A stretch of DNA of 32,000 nucleotides from Vibrio alginolyticus NBRC 15630 = ATCC 17749 (lineage in GTDB: Bacteria > Pseudomonadota > Gammaproteobacteria > Enterobacterales > Vibrionaceae), in contig NC_022349.1 of the NCBI RefSeq assembly GCF_000354175.2, forward strand, positions 2,160,001 to 2,192,000. Direction: 5' to 3'. The notes beneath the pieces were generated by a model. It was not told the DNA's origin and ran no database searches. It saw only the letters and a program-made list of their open reading frames with translations. Shown piece by piece: positions 15,373 through 27,966 of this stretch. The first letter of the stretch is position 1; each line of letters begins with the position of its first letter. The position numbers and the translations under genes were made by a program.

Positions 15373-15474
15373 GAGTGGTCCCTCTAGGTACGGATTTAGG
15401 TGGCCCAAATTGACCACGCAACCAAAAAAAGATAATTGGTAAATCTAATATCAAAAGGAAATAAACTTGAGAGC

Positions 15475-15550
<76 letters not shown>

Positions 15551-15563
15551 ACTCAAATTAGAG

Positions 15564-15638
<75 letters not shown>

Positions 15639-15673
15639 AACACGTAACTCTGAGAGCTATTTCCTAAAGAATA

Positions 15674-15758
<85 letters not shown>

Positions 15759-15794
15759 AAATTTTCAAGCCATTCAGACTACTAAAGGAAAGAA

Positions 15795-15870
<76 letters not shown>

Positions 15871-15883
15871 ATAAGTGGTGCGC

Positions 15884-15950
15884 ATTCTATTGAATGATTT
15901 TCTAGGTTGCAATAGTAATTTGAAAAAAAATCATAAATTTCGATTTTTTA
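15884..15950 (-). promoter_or_regulatory. Promoter of the thrU-tyrU-glyT-thrT-tufB operon, with an A/T-rich UP-like region
   Basis: Minus strand has -35 TTGCAA (15907-15912), a 17-bp spacer, -10 TAGAAT (15884-15889) and a GC-rich discriminator GCGCACCAC directly before the tRNA 5' end. A long A/T tract lies upstream (15913-15950). Confidence 0.7.
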
Positions 15951-16075
15951 GATTCGTTTGCTGCAAATTCGTACAAACTTAGCTTTTTTAAAGTAAACTT
16001 CGACCTTTGTCGTTTGCTTTGAAGTTCGCTTGATGTATGTTCTTGCTTCTATTAAACCAAGGATAAAAGAGACCC

Positions 16076-16999
16076 ATGAGTCCATTTTTGTCATTTGACC
16101 GTGCAAATTGGGCCGAGTTAAGAAACTCTGTACCGATGACACTTTCTGAAGACGACTTGACTGCGCTTCAGGGCATTAATGAAAACCTAACCATGGAGGA
16201 AGCGGTAGAGATCTACCTTCCTTTGTCTCGTCTTTTGAATCTGTATGTCCAGGCTCGTCAAAGCCGCAATTCCGTATTACAACAATTCTTAAATACAGAG
16301 GAACATGCTCCCCCTTTCGTAATTGGTATCGCTGGCAGTGTTGCTGTAGGCAAAAGTACGACTGCTCGTATTCTAACGGCATTGCTTTCTCGTTGGGAGA
16401 ATCATCCCAAAGTGTCCTTGGTTACAACAGATGGCTTCCTATATCCGAAAAAAGTACTAGAAGAACGCGGTATCATGCATCGTAAAGGCTTCCCAGAATC
16501 CTATGATATCAAGCGCTTAGTCGAGTTCATGTCTGACGTAAAGGCAGGAAAGCCCGATCTTGAAGTACCCATCTACTCTCACATCACGTATGACATTACT
16601 GATGAACTAAGAAAAGTGGATAGACCGGATGTTCTTATTATTGAAGGTTTAAACGTTCTGCAAAGTGGAATGGACTATCCACATGACCCGCATCGTGTCT
16701 TCGTCTCTGACTTTTTAGATTTTTCAATTTATGTCGATGCAGAAACAGAGACCATTGAACATTGGTATGTAGAACGCTTTTTAAAGTTTCGCCAAGGGGC
16801 CTTTACGAAACCAGGCTCTTATTTTAGCCACTACACACAACTCTCTGTCGATGACGCAAAGAAAAAAGCGAAGCAAATTTGGCATGATATTAATGGGCTC
16901 AATTTAGAATTGAATATTCTTCCAACTCGTGAGAGAGCCCACTTGATTCTACACAAAGGCGTTAACCACTTAGTTGATAAAGTCTCGTTGCGAAAGTAA
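16076..16999 (+). CDS. coaA: Type I pantothenate kinase
   Basis: 307-aa ORF with P-loop [17 protein letters not shown], strong end-to-end resemblance to E. coli CoaA ([27 protein letters not shown]) and the C-terminal LRK. Confidence 0.96.
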   Translation: MSPFLSFDRANWAELRNSVPMTLSEDDLTALQGINENLTMEEAVEIYLPLSRLLNLYVQARQSRNSVLQQFLNTEEHAPPFVIGIAGSVAVGKSTTARILTALLSRWENHPKVSLVTTDGFLYPKKVLEERGIMHRKGFPESYDIKRLVEFMSDVKAGKPDLEVPIYSHITYDITDELRKVDRPDVLIIEGLNVLQSGMDYPHDPHRVFVSDFLDFSIYVDAETETIEHWYVERFLKFRQGAFTKPGSYFSHYTQLSVDDAKKKAKQIWHDINGLNLELNILPTRERAHLILHKGVNHLVDKVSLRK

Positions 17000-17006
17000 T
17001 CGAAGA

Positions 17007-17972
17007 TTAGTCACTTTTACGCAACGAGATTTCACCACCAATATAAGTCTCTAGTCCTTGGGAGGTTTCGATTAATATTCCACCTTGATGATCGATGCCT
17101 CGAACGACGCCATATACCTCTCTAGGACCAATAAGCAGTTTGACCTGACGATTAAGGAAATTGTCTAACCGATTCCAACGTTCGATAAAGCCAGTAAGTC
17201 CTTTCATTTCATATTCGACAAGTGCGGAATTCCAATGCTTGATAAGTGTCATTGCTAGAACATTTCTATCGATCTTGAGACTCTGATTTACTTGGTTCAA
17301 CGTGGTCCATGGCTGGTCAATCTCAGGCTGGTCGTCAGGCATTCCAATATTCAGGCCCATCCCAATCACTAGATGAGCAGCCCCACCGGCCTGACCCGAC
17401 ATTTCAACCAAGATTCCGGCCAGTTTTTTATCTTGATAATACAAGTCATTCGGCCACTTGAGTTTAACACCTTGCATGCCTACTTCTTCCAAAGCTTCCA
17501 CTGCGGCAATCCCAATCACCAAGCTCAAGCCCATTGCCGCAGCCATTCCTGCATCCAGTCGCCAATACATAGAGAGATACAAGTTAGAGCCAAACGGTGA
17601 GACCCATTGTCTACCGCGGCGACCACGCCCTTGTGCTTGATATTCAGCAATACAAACACGGCCCTTTTCCGAATCCGCGACTCTGTCGAGCAAATATTGA
17701 TTCGTTGAGTCAATCACAGGGACGAGTTCAACAAGTGACTCCGAGCTAGTGGTAAGGAGAGTCTCGTCTAACAACTGCAATGGTGAGGCTAATTGGTAAC
17801 CGCGCCCTTGCACTCGATAAATATCAATACCCCATTCACTAAGACCTTTAATGTGCTTAGCGATTGCCGCTCTAGAAACATTAAGATCGTCGCCCAACGC
17901 TTCTCCTGAATGAAACTCTCCATCACTTAATAACCTTAAAATATGAAGTTTCGTAGAGTGATCTTTTCTCAT
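17007..17972 (-). CDS. birA: Bifunctional biotin-[acetyl-CoA-carboxylase] ligase and biotin operon repressor
   Basis: 321-aa ORF with an N-terminal winged HTH (LSDGEFHSGEALGDDLNVSRAAIAKHI) and the biotin-binding GRGRRGR motif. Its start overlaps the murB stop by 4 nt (ATGA). Confidence 0.95.
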   Translation of the reverse strand: MRKDHSTKLHILRLLSDGEFHSGEALGDDLNVSRAAIAKHIKGLSEWGIDIYRVQGRGYQLASPLQLLDETLLTTSSESLVELVPVIDSTNQYLLDRVADSEKGRVCIAEYQAQGRGRRGRQWVSPFGSNLYLSMYWRLDAGMAAAMGLSLVIGIAAVEALEEVGMQGVKLKWPNDLYYQDKKLAGILVEMSGQAGGAAHLVIGMGLNIGMPDDQPEIDQPWTTLNQVNQSLKIDRNVLAMTLIKHWNSALVEYEMKGLTGFIERWNRLDNFLNRQVKLLIGPREVYGVVRGIDHQGGILIETSQGLETYIGGEISLRKSD

Positions 17973-19012
17973 CTAGATGCCTCGATCTGAGTCAAATTCG
18001 TCTCCCCGGTACGATTGAGAAAGCGTACTTCATGCTCAAGTATGATTTGGTATTTGTCCCATACTGTCTGCTTCACTAAAGAAGCAAGCGCGACAATGTC
18101 ATCTGCACTACAATTATCCATGTTGGTCAAAACCAAAGCTTGCATAGGGTTGACCTGCGCACCGTGTACAGACTTCCCTTTTAATCCACACTGATCGATA
18201 AGCCAACCAGCAGCAATTTTCATTCCTCCAAAAGCTGGGTAGGCCACTACGTTAGGGTATTTTTTTGTGAGTCGATCATAGTGATCTTGCGTGATCACTG
18301 GGTTTTTAAAGAAACTACCTGCGTTACCTATCTTGGTTGGATCTGGTAGTTTTGCCTTTCGCACTTGGCATACTCGTTCGAAGATAGAAGCAGGGCTGAG
18401 TTGTTCTTCTGGGATACTTTGTAAAGGGCCGTACTGGTTAATCGGCTGCCATTGCTTCGCCAACTTAAGCCCTAATGCGGTGATAAAGCACTTTCCGTGC
18501 AACGCATGTTTAAATATGGAATCCCTATAGGCAAACTCACAGTCTTGGGCGTGCATTCTTTTGTTTTCAAACGTAGTTAGGTCAAGAACATCTACATAAT
18601 CACAGATGTCTTTTAGCTCTAGGCCATACGCACCAATGTTCTGAATAGGAGCCGAGCCAGCACAACCTGGAATCAAAGCTAAGTTCTCGATCCCACCGAT
18701 CCCCTGATTCACACACCAGGAAACCAATTCAGGCCAATCTTCACCACCGGCAATATGTAATAGGTAGTGCTCATCCGTTTCCGTGACTTCTTTACCCATG
18801 ATTCGATTAACAATCACTAATCCCTCAAAATGTTCTGTAAAAAGAACATTACTTCCTTTACCTAAAAAAAGTTTCGGTAAATGGGTGAATCTTGGGTTTT
18901 GAAATAGCTCAATAACATCTTCGAGCGACTCAACGATAGCTAAATAGGAACACGATTGTTCAATTCCAAAAGTATGGTAAGCCTTTAGGCTCGCATTTGT
19001 TTTAATTTGCAT
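17969..19012 (-). CDS. murB: UDP-N-acetylenolpyruvoylglucosamine reductase
   Basis: 347-aa ORF with LGxGSNVLF, ENLALIPGCAGSAPIQNIGAYG and GNAGSFFKNP motifs. It forms a murB-birA operon as in E. coli. Confidence 0.96.
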   Translation of the reverse strand: MQIKTNASLKAYHTFGIEQSCSYLAIVESLEDVIELFQNPRFTHLPKLFLGKGSNVLFTEHFEGLVIVNRIMGKEVTETDEHYLLHIAGGEDWPELVSWCVNQGIGGIENLALIPGCAGSAPIQNIGAYGLELKDICDYVDVLDLTTFENKRMHAQDCEFAYRDSIFKHALHGKCFITALGLKLAKQWQPINQYGPLQSIPEEQLSPASIFERVCQVRKAKLPDPTKIGNAGSFFKNPVITQDHYDRLTKKYPNVVAYPAFGGMKIAAGWLIDQCGLKGKSVHGAQVNPMQALVLTNMDNCSADDIVALASLVKQTVWDKYQIILEHEVRFLNRTGETNLTQIEASR

Positions 19013-19083
19013 AGTAGGTTTGCAACACCAGATAAGATTCTCTTAAACTGTCGACATTCTACATTAGTTATCTTTTAACCGCA

Positions 19084-19545
19084 GTGACAATACCAGACTC
19101 ATTAATCATAGAAGTGTTAAATCCCATCAAGCTCCCCCTCATTAAGAAACTATACAAAGCGTATTACCCTGCGGGTCGAGCCAAAAAGGATGAATTGATC
19201 ATTACAGCAAGCCATAAGGGTGAAATCATTGCGTTACTACGTTTAAAAAGTGTAGATAAAGTTCGTCTGTTGACAGGAATGTTGGTCATTCCGAAAGTTA
19301 GGGGAACAGGGATTGGAAAAAAACTACTAACTCATTGTAAAAACAATGTTTTCACTGATGGCGATTATTGCTTCGCGTTTACACATCTCGAATCCTATTA
19401 TTCCAAGCATGGATTCACAACAATTGATTGCTCTGAGTTACCACACCCGCTAAAAATGGCATTTCAACGTTACGTAGATAGCGGTAAAGATCTCATTCCA
19501 ATGCAATTCATCTCTTCAACGACATCAAAACGCGTGCTTTTGTAG
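19084..19545 (+). CDS. Small GNAT-family N-acetyltransferase, substrate unknown
   Basis: 153-aa ORF with a GNAT motif A-like segment (MLVIPKVRGTGIGKKLLTHC) and a downstream YYSKHGF. The first codon is GTG with no clear Shine-Dalgarno sequence, so the start is uncertain. Confidence 0.6.
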   Translation: MTIPDSLIIEVLNPIKLPLIKKLYKAYYPAGRAKKDELIITASHKGEIIALLRLKSVDKVRLLTGMLVIPKVRGTGIGKKLLTHCKNNVFTDGDYCFAFTHLESYYSKHGFTTIDCSELPHPLKMAFQRYVDSGKDLIPMQFISSTTSKRVLL

Positions 19546-19616
19546 CCAGGTAAATCATATCTTTGATAAAATGGCAGGTTCGCAATATTGCACTAAACTA
19601 AGGTACTCATACCGAT

Positions 19617-20957
19617 ATGATAGTAAGTAGGAATCCATTCGAACAGTTGCCAAGTCTCGCTGTCAATCCGGAAGACTTTGATGTTCTGTATTCAGCAGAA
19701 TCATTCAGAACCCGTCTTTTAGATGCGATCAGCAAAGCAACGTCGCGAATTTACCTAGTCGCTCTATATCTGGAAGATGATGAAGCTGGACGTGAAATTC
19801 TCACTGCGCTTTATGAAGCGAAACAGCGCAATCCTGGGTTGGACATCAATATCTGTGTCGACTGGCATCGAGCGCAGCGTGGCCTGATTGGTGCGGAGAC
19901 ATCTGAGGGTAATTCAGCGCTTTACAAAGCATATGCCAGTAAGTACCTACACCCAATCCCTGTCTATGGCATACCAGTGCGTGGCAGAGAAGTTTTTGGG
20001 GTACTGCATTTAAAAGGCTTCATTGTCGATGATACTGTTATCTACAGTGGGGCGAGCTTAAATAACGTTTATCTCCATTATCATGAACGTTATCGATTTG
20101 ATCGTTACCATGTGATTCGACATGAACCTTTAGCGAATTCAATGGTGCAATTCATTCAGGAAGAAATGATTGCTCACCCTGCCGTTAATGATCTTGCAGG
20201 AAAAGATAAGCCAGAAACCAAAGAAATAAAGTCGGCGATTCGCCAACTGAGGGCTTCTCTTGCTCAAGCCAACTATAAGTTTGAAGACCAAGCTGCAACA
20301 GAAGAAAGCGTAAAAGTCACTCCGTTAGTTGGGCTAGGCAAACGCCGTAATCTGCTCAATCAACAGATTGTAAAGTTATTGGCAGCAGCCCAAGACGAAA
20401 TTTTCATTTGTACGCCTTACTTTAACTTCCCTAAAGCACTTCATCGTGAAGTGAAACGAGCCATGAAGCGTGGTGTGAAAGTAACTATTGTTGTGGGTGA
20501 TAAAACCGCCAACGACTTTTACATTGCACCCGAGGAAGATTTTAAAACCATTGGCGGACTTCCATATCTTTACGAAGTGAATTTGCGTCGCTTTGCGAAA
20601 GCCAATGAAGCGAATATCGCCGCACGTAAATTGTCAATTCACCTATGGAAGCATGACAATAACAGCTTCCACCTTAAGGGTATTTGGGTTGATAAACGCT
20701 ATATGCTACTTACTGGGAATAACCTAAACCCACGTGCTTGGTCACTCGACCTAGAAAATGGGCTACTCATACAAGACAATTATGCGAAGCTCACTGAGAA
20801 GTTTGAAGACGAAGTTTCGCGTATTCTTGAGCATACTCACCTTATCTGTACTTATAAGCAATTAGAGAAAGTAGAAGACTATCCTATAGGGGTACAGCGA
20901 CTGGTCAGAAAAATTACCCGCCTAAAGGCAGATGGTGTTTTAAAACGTATTCTTTAG
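19617..20957 (+). CDS. pssA: CDP-diacylglycerol--serine O-phosphatidyltransferase (PLD-type phosphatidylserine synthase)
   Basis: 446-aa ORF with two HKD motifs (HLKGFIVDD and HLKGIWVDKRYMLLTGNNLNPRAW). It matches my recollection of E. coli PssA along its length. Confidence 0.95.
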   Translation: MIVSRNPFEQLPSLAVNPEDFDVLYSAESFRTRLLDAISKATSRIYLVALYLEDDEAGREILTALYEAKQRNPGLDINICVDWHRAQRGLIGAETSEGNSALYKAYASKYLHPIPVYGIPVRGREVFGVLHLKGFIVDDTVIYSGASLNNVYLHYHERYRFDRYHVIRHEPLANSMVQFIQEEMIAHPAVNDLAGKDKPETKEIKSAIRQLRASLAQANYKFEDQAATEESVKVTPLVGLGKRRNLLNQQIVKLLAAAQDEIFICTPYFNFPKALHREVKRAMKRGVKVTIVVGDKTANDFYIAPEEDFKTIGGLPYLYEVNLRRFAKANEANIAARKLSIHLWKHDNNSFHLKGIWVDKRYMLLTGNNLNPRAWSLDLENGLLIQDNYAKLTEKFEDEVSRILEHTHLICTYKQLEKVEDYPIGVQRLVRKITRLKADGVLKRIL

Positions 20958-21000
20958 ACATCATTTCTCGCTCTAAAGTACGTCGAGATTTTTATACTAA

Positions 21001-21028
21001 GCCAACCGCTTTAGCAGTTGGCTTTTTC
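21001..21028 (+). terminator. pssA intrinsic terminator
   Basis: GCCAAC-CGCTTTAGCA-GTTGGC followed by TTTTT, 44 nt after the pssA stop. Confidence 0.75.
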
Positions 21029-21582
21029 ATATAATCCATTTGGAATACTTAACTATTTTCTAGTACCGCTAGTGAGCACATAACCACTTAGATCTAGAGC
21101 GACTCTCTTAATGGGTTTGAGCTTTGACGTTTGTGAGTATTCCGCATAGCTTACAGCCTCGAGCTAAGCTACCCCTCTCTGTTTTGGCGCTTCTTACCCC
21201 TTGGCGATATATTTTTTCTGAGACTCATCAAATGTTCAGCGTCGAAAATCATCACCTCGCTAATGAAGAGCTCCTTCAATCTTTCACCTTCCAATTCTTT
21301 TCAAGTCGTTTGATTTTTGAGCCAGGAGAGATTGGGGGTATATATGACGCTTTTCTGGATTATGCGCACAGTTCGTTTTTTCTTTCTCATCAAGATTCAA
21401 GCCGTTGAACGCCTTTGAATACCATAGATTACTTAGGCTTGTTTGTAGGTCATATTGTCTTTCCACAGCATCAACGGCCTATATTAATTAAAGCCTAGTG
21501 TGTAATCACGCAGAGTTCGCTTAGTAGGGATTATGGGGAGTAGTCTAGTTAGGTGTAAACACACTTCAGGGAAACGCCGCAG

Positions 21583-21620
21583 TAGAAACGAAAGAAGCCT
21601 CAGTCTTTCGACTGAGGCTT
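21583..21620 (-). terminator. rrn operon terminator
   Basis: Minus strand reads AAGCCTCAGTC-GAAA-GACTGAGGCTT followed by the T-rich CTTTCGTTTCT, directly after tRNA-Asp. Confidence 0.7.
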
Positions 21621-21628
21621 AATATAAG

Positions 21629-21705
21629 TGGCGGAGTGGACGGGACTCGAACCCGCGACCCCCGGCGTGACAGGCCGGTATTCTAACCAACTGAACTACC
21701 ACTCC
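21629..21705 (-). tRNA. tRNA-Asp (anticodon GUC), distal gene of the rrn operon
   Basis: Minus strand reads GGAGTGGTAGTTCAGTTGGTTAGAATACCGGCCTGTCACGCCGGGGGTCGCGGGTTCGAGTCCCGTCCACTCCGCCA (77 nt). Confidence 0.96.
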
Positions 21706-21780
21706 GCAGTGGTATCACTCGCTTTAATAAGCAAGTGTCCGCTTTTGTCTTCACTTTTCGAAAAAGTGAAAATAAAACTA

Positions 21781-21901
21781 AAGCCTGGCGATGTCCTACT
21801 CTCACATGGGGAAGCCCCACACTACCATCGGCGCTATTTCGTTTCACTTCTGAGTTCGGCATGGAAATCAGGTGGGTCCAAAACGCTATGGTCGCCAAGC
21901 A
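21781..21901 (-). rRNA. rrf: 5S ribosomal RNA
   Basis: Minus strand reads TGCTTGGCGACCATAGCG...CCGAACTCAGAAGTGAAACG...GAGAGTAGGACATCGCCAGGCTT and aligns end to end with the E. coli 5S pattern. Confidence 0.97.
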
Positions 21902-21992
21902 AATTCTTTAATCTGGAAAGCTGTTTTTTAATTCTCGTTCTTACACATTCAATGTTCTTTCATTGAGTCCATCAAAACCCCTTGGGTGTTGT

Positions 21993-24882
<2,890 letters not shown>

Positions 24883-25077
24883 ATACAACCCGAAGGAGTT
24901 TCGAGTTGATGAACAAGTCACCAAAGTTGTCTGCAATTTTTATACATGATGCAGACTCGATTTTGCCGGACTCAAATTCCAAGAACACTTGAATGTGTTA
25001 TTTTGGTGTTTGTCATAAAGACAAACATTGAGAACTTTACAAACAACAATAAATTGTTGTTTTGTCAGCTTTCCAAA

Positions 25078-25089
25078 TTGTTAAAGAGC
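25078..25089 (-). promoter_or_regulatory. boxA antitermination element in the 16S-23S spacer
   Basis: Minus strand reads GCTCTTTAACAA, matching the rrn boxA consensus. Confidence 0.7.
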
Positions 25090-25144
25090 TAGATTTTCTT
25101 ATGAAAACCATTTTTAAAGATTCTTTTTCAAGAACACTTAAAGA

Positions 25145-25220
25145 TGGTGGAGCTATGCGGGATCGAACCGCAGACCTCCTGCGTGCAAGGCAGGCGCTCT
25201 CCCAGCTGAGCTATAGCCCC
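25145..25220 (-). tRNA. tRNA-Ala (anticodon UGC) in the ITS
   Basis: Minus strand reads GGGGCTATAGCTCAGCTGGGAGAGCGCCTGCCTTGCACGCAGGAGGTCTGCGGTTCGATCCCGCATAGCTCCACCA. Confidence 0.97.
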
Positions 25221-25262
25221 ATCAAGGTGTCGATACTGTCGCCAATTCCTTGGAAAAGAAAT

Positions 25263-25339
25263 TGGTGGGTCTGAGTGGACTCGAACCACCGACCTCTCGC
25301 TTATCAGGCGAACGCTCTAACCACCTGAGCTACAGACCC
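25263..25339 (-). tRNA. tRNA-Ile (anticodon GAU) in the ITS
   Basis: Minus strand starts GGGTCTGTAGCTCAGGTGGTTAGAGCG, has anticodon loop CTGATAA, and ends ...CAGACCCACCA. Confidence 0.96.
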
Positions 25340-25405
25340 AGTATCGTCTCTTTACTTTATAAACCATATCAATCTGTGTGAACACTCATCGCAATAATCA
25401 TCGTT

Positions 25406-26958
<1,553 letters not shown>

Positions 26959-27128
26959 AAGATTTTGTCGGCTCAATGAATACTGAACATTACATAAGTA
27001 ATGTTTGAATTGACTGTGCTGAATCCGAAGATTCAATGGTCACTTCGTTTCATTGAAACCTAAATTGTTTCCGAAGAAACTATTTGGATTATCATCAACG
27101 AGTGCCCACACAGATTGATAGGTTCTTA

Positions 27129-27140
27129 TTTTTAAAGAGC
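27129..27140 (-). promoter_or_regulatory. boxA-like antitermination element in the rrn leader
   Basis: Minus strand reads GCTCTTTAAAAA, one mismatch from the boxA consensus GCTCTTTAACAA. It lies between P2 and the 16S 5' processing stem. Confidence 0.6.
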
Positions 27141-27187
27141 TTTTCTAACATTTTCAGCAACTTAGTTGCTCGTCGTTAGGGGTGCGT

Positions 27188-27240
27188 ATCTTACTTTACA
27201 CCGTGAGAGAGTCAAGCATTTTTTTCAAATTCTTTTTTCT
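27188..27240 (-). promoter_or_regulatory. rrn P2 promoter
   Basis: Minus strand has -35 TTGACT (27210-27215), a 16-bp spacer and -10 TAAGAT (27188-27193), with an A-rich tract upstream. The layout matches E. coli rrnB P2. Confidence 0.65.
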
Positions 27241-27293
27241 CTCTTCCCGACTCGCTATGTGACTTTCGTCTCACTCCGTGTCGGTGGATGCGC

Positions 27294-27345
27294 AGTATAG
27301 GGGGTTGAGAAATTAGTACAAGCGTTTTTTGCAAATAAAAAACCA
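27294..27345 (-). promoter_or_regulatory. rrn P1 promoter with UP element and GC-rich discriminator
   Basis: Minus strand has -35 TTGTAC (27316-27321), a 16-bp spacer, -10 TATACT (27294-27299) and discriminator GCGCATCCACC. An A/T-rich UP-like tract lies at 27322-27345. It closely parallels E. coli rrnB P1 (TTGTCA-16-TATAAT-GCGCCACC). Confidence 0.75.
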
Positions 27346-27510
27346 ACCGGTCACAAATTAGCCAAAAGTGCGATATTTGCATATTTCTTCGTCACATTTG
27401 AGACATATCACAGCAATTGGTTGGAAAAACACCAACCATATACGTAAGATTCATGTGTCTATTCTGTTAATGGACAATCGATCTCTTTATCACTATGTGT
27501 AGTAATTAAA

Positions 27511-27966
27511 ATGACGTCTAAAAAAAATCTGATTTTATGTGTTGGGCTGGCCATCGTTGGGGGAATCATTTTCTCTCAATTCATCATCCCACCAGCCTTG
27601 AGCTTCCTCATTGGTGTTATCGCTACTGCTTTTCTTTTTTCATTTTCTAGCAAAACACCTGTTCTTCAATCTTCGGAGCCTGATCCTTCAACTAAAACGC
27701 TGTATGTCGGCAACCTTCCTTATAAGGCCAATGAGAGTCATGTTCGCGATTTGTTTGCTGAATATGGACAGGTCTATGCAGTACGCTTAATGAAAGATAA
27801 GCGTACTGGAAAAAGAAGAGGGTTTGGTTTTGTAGTGATGGCTGCGGCAGATGCCAAGCCAGCTATCGCTAAACTTAATGAAAAGGAATATATGGAGAGA
27901 ACGCTAAAAGTGAGAATTGCGAACGATCCTAAACATCCGGATGGTGGTAAACCTGAACAGGATTAA
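27511..27966 (+). CDS. RRM-domain RNA-binding protein with two N-terminal transmembrane helices
   Basis: 151-aa ORF. Residues about 62-138 form an RRM with RNP-2 LYVGNL and RNP-1 RGFGFVVM. Residues about 6-26 and 29-46 are strongly hydrophobic ([20 protein letters not shown] and [17 protein letters not shown]), preceded by KK. No obvious Shine-Dalgarno sequence precedes the ATG. Confidence 0.8.
   Translation: MTSKKNLILCVGLAIVGGIIFSQFIIPPALSFLIGVIATAFLFSFSSKTPVLQSSEPDPSTKTLYVGNLPYKANESHVRDLFAEYGQVYAVRLMKDKRTGKRRGFGFVVMAAADAKPAIAKLNEKEYMERTLKVRIANDPKHPDGGKPEQD

Noticed and set aside
15948-16142. 64-codon minus-strand ORF spanning the thrU-coaA promoter region and the coaA start
   Set aside because: It is an AT-rich divergent-promoter region. 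The ORF overlaps the coaA start in antisense and has no ribosome-binding site.
21301-21390. 29-codon basic mini-ORF (MRKKKRTVRIIQKSVIYTPNLSWLKNQTT) on the minus strand inside the 21-kb gap
   Set aside because: It has no Shine-Dalgarno sequence and no recognisable family, and its length is within chance expectation. It is mentioned only under the gap finding.
26959-27130. A run of short perfect hairpins in the 16S leader (AACATTAC-ATAA-GTAATGTT, GAATC-CGAA-GATTC, GTTTC-CGAA-GAAAC) considered as a possible repeat array or riboregulator
   Set aside because: On the transcribed minus strand these are ordinary UUCG-type tetraloop hairpins of the rrn leader next to the 16S processing stem. They have no repeat-spacer periodicity.
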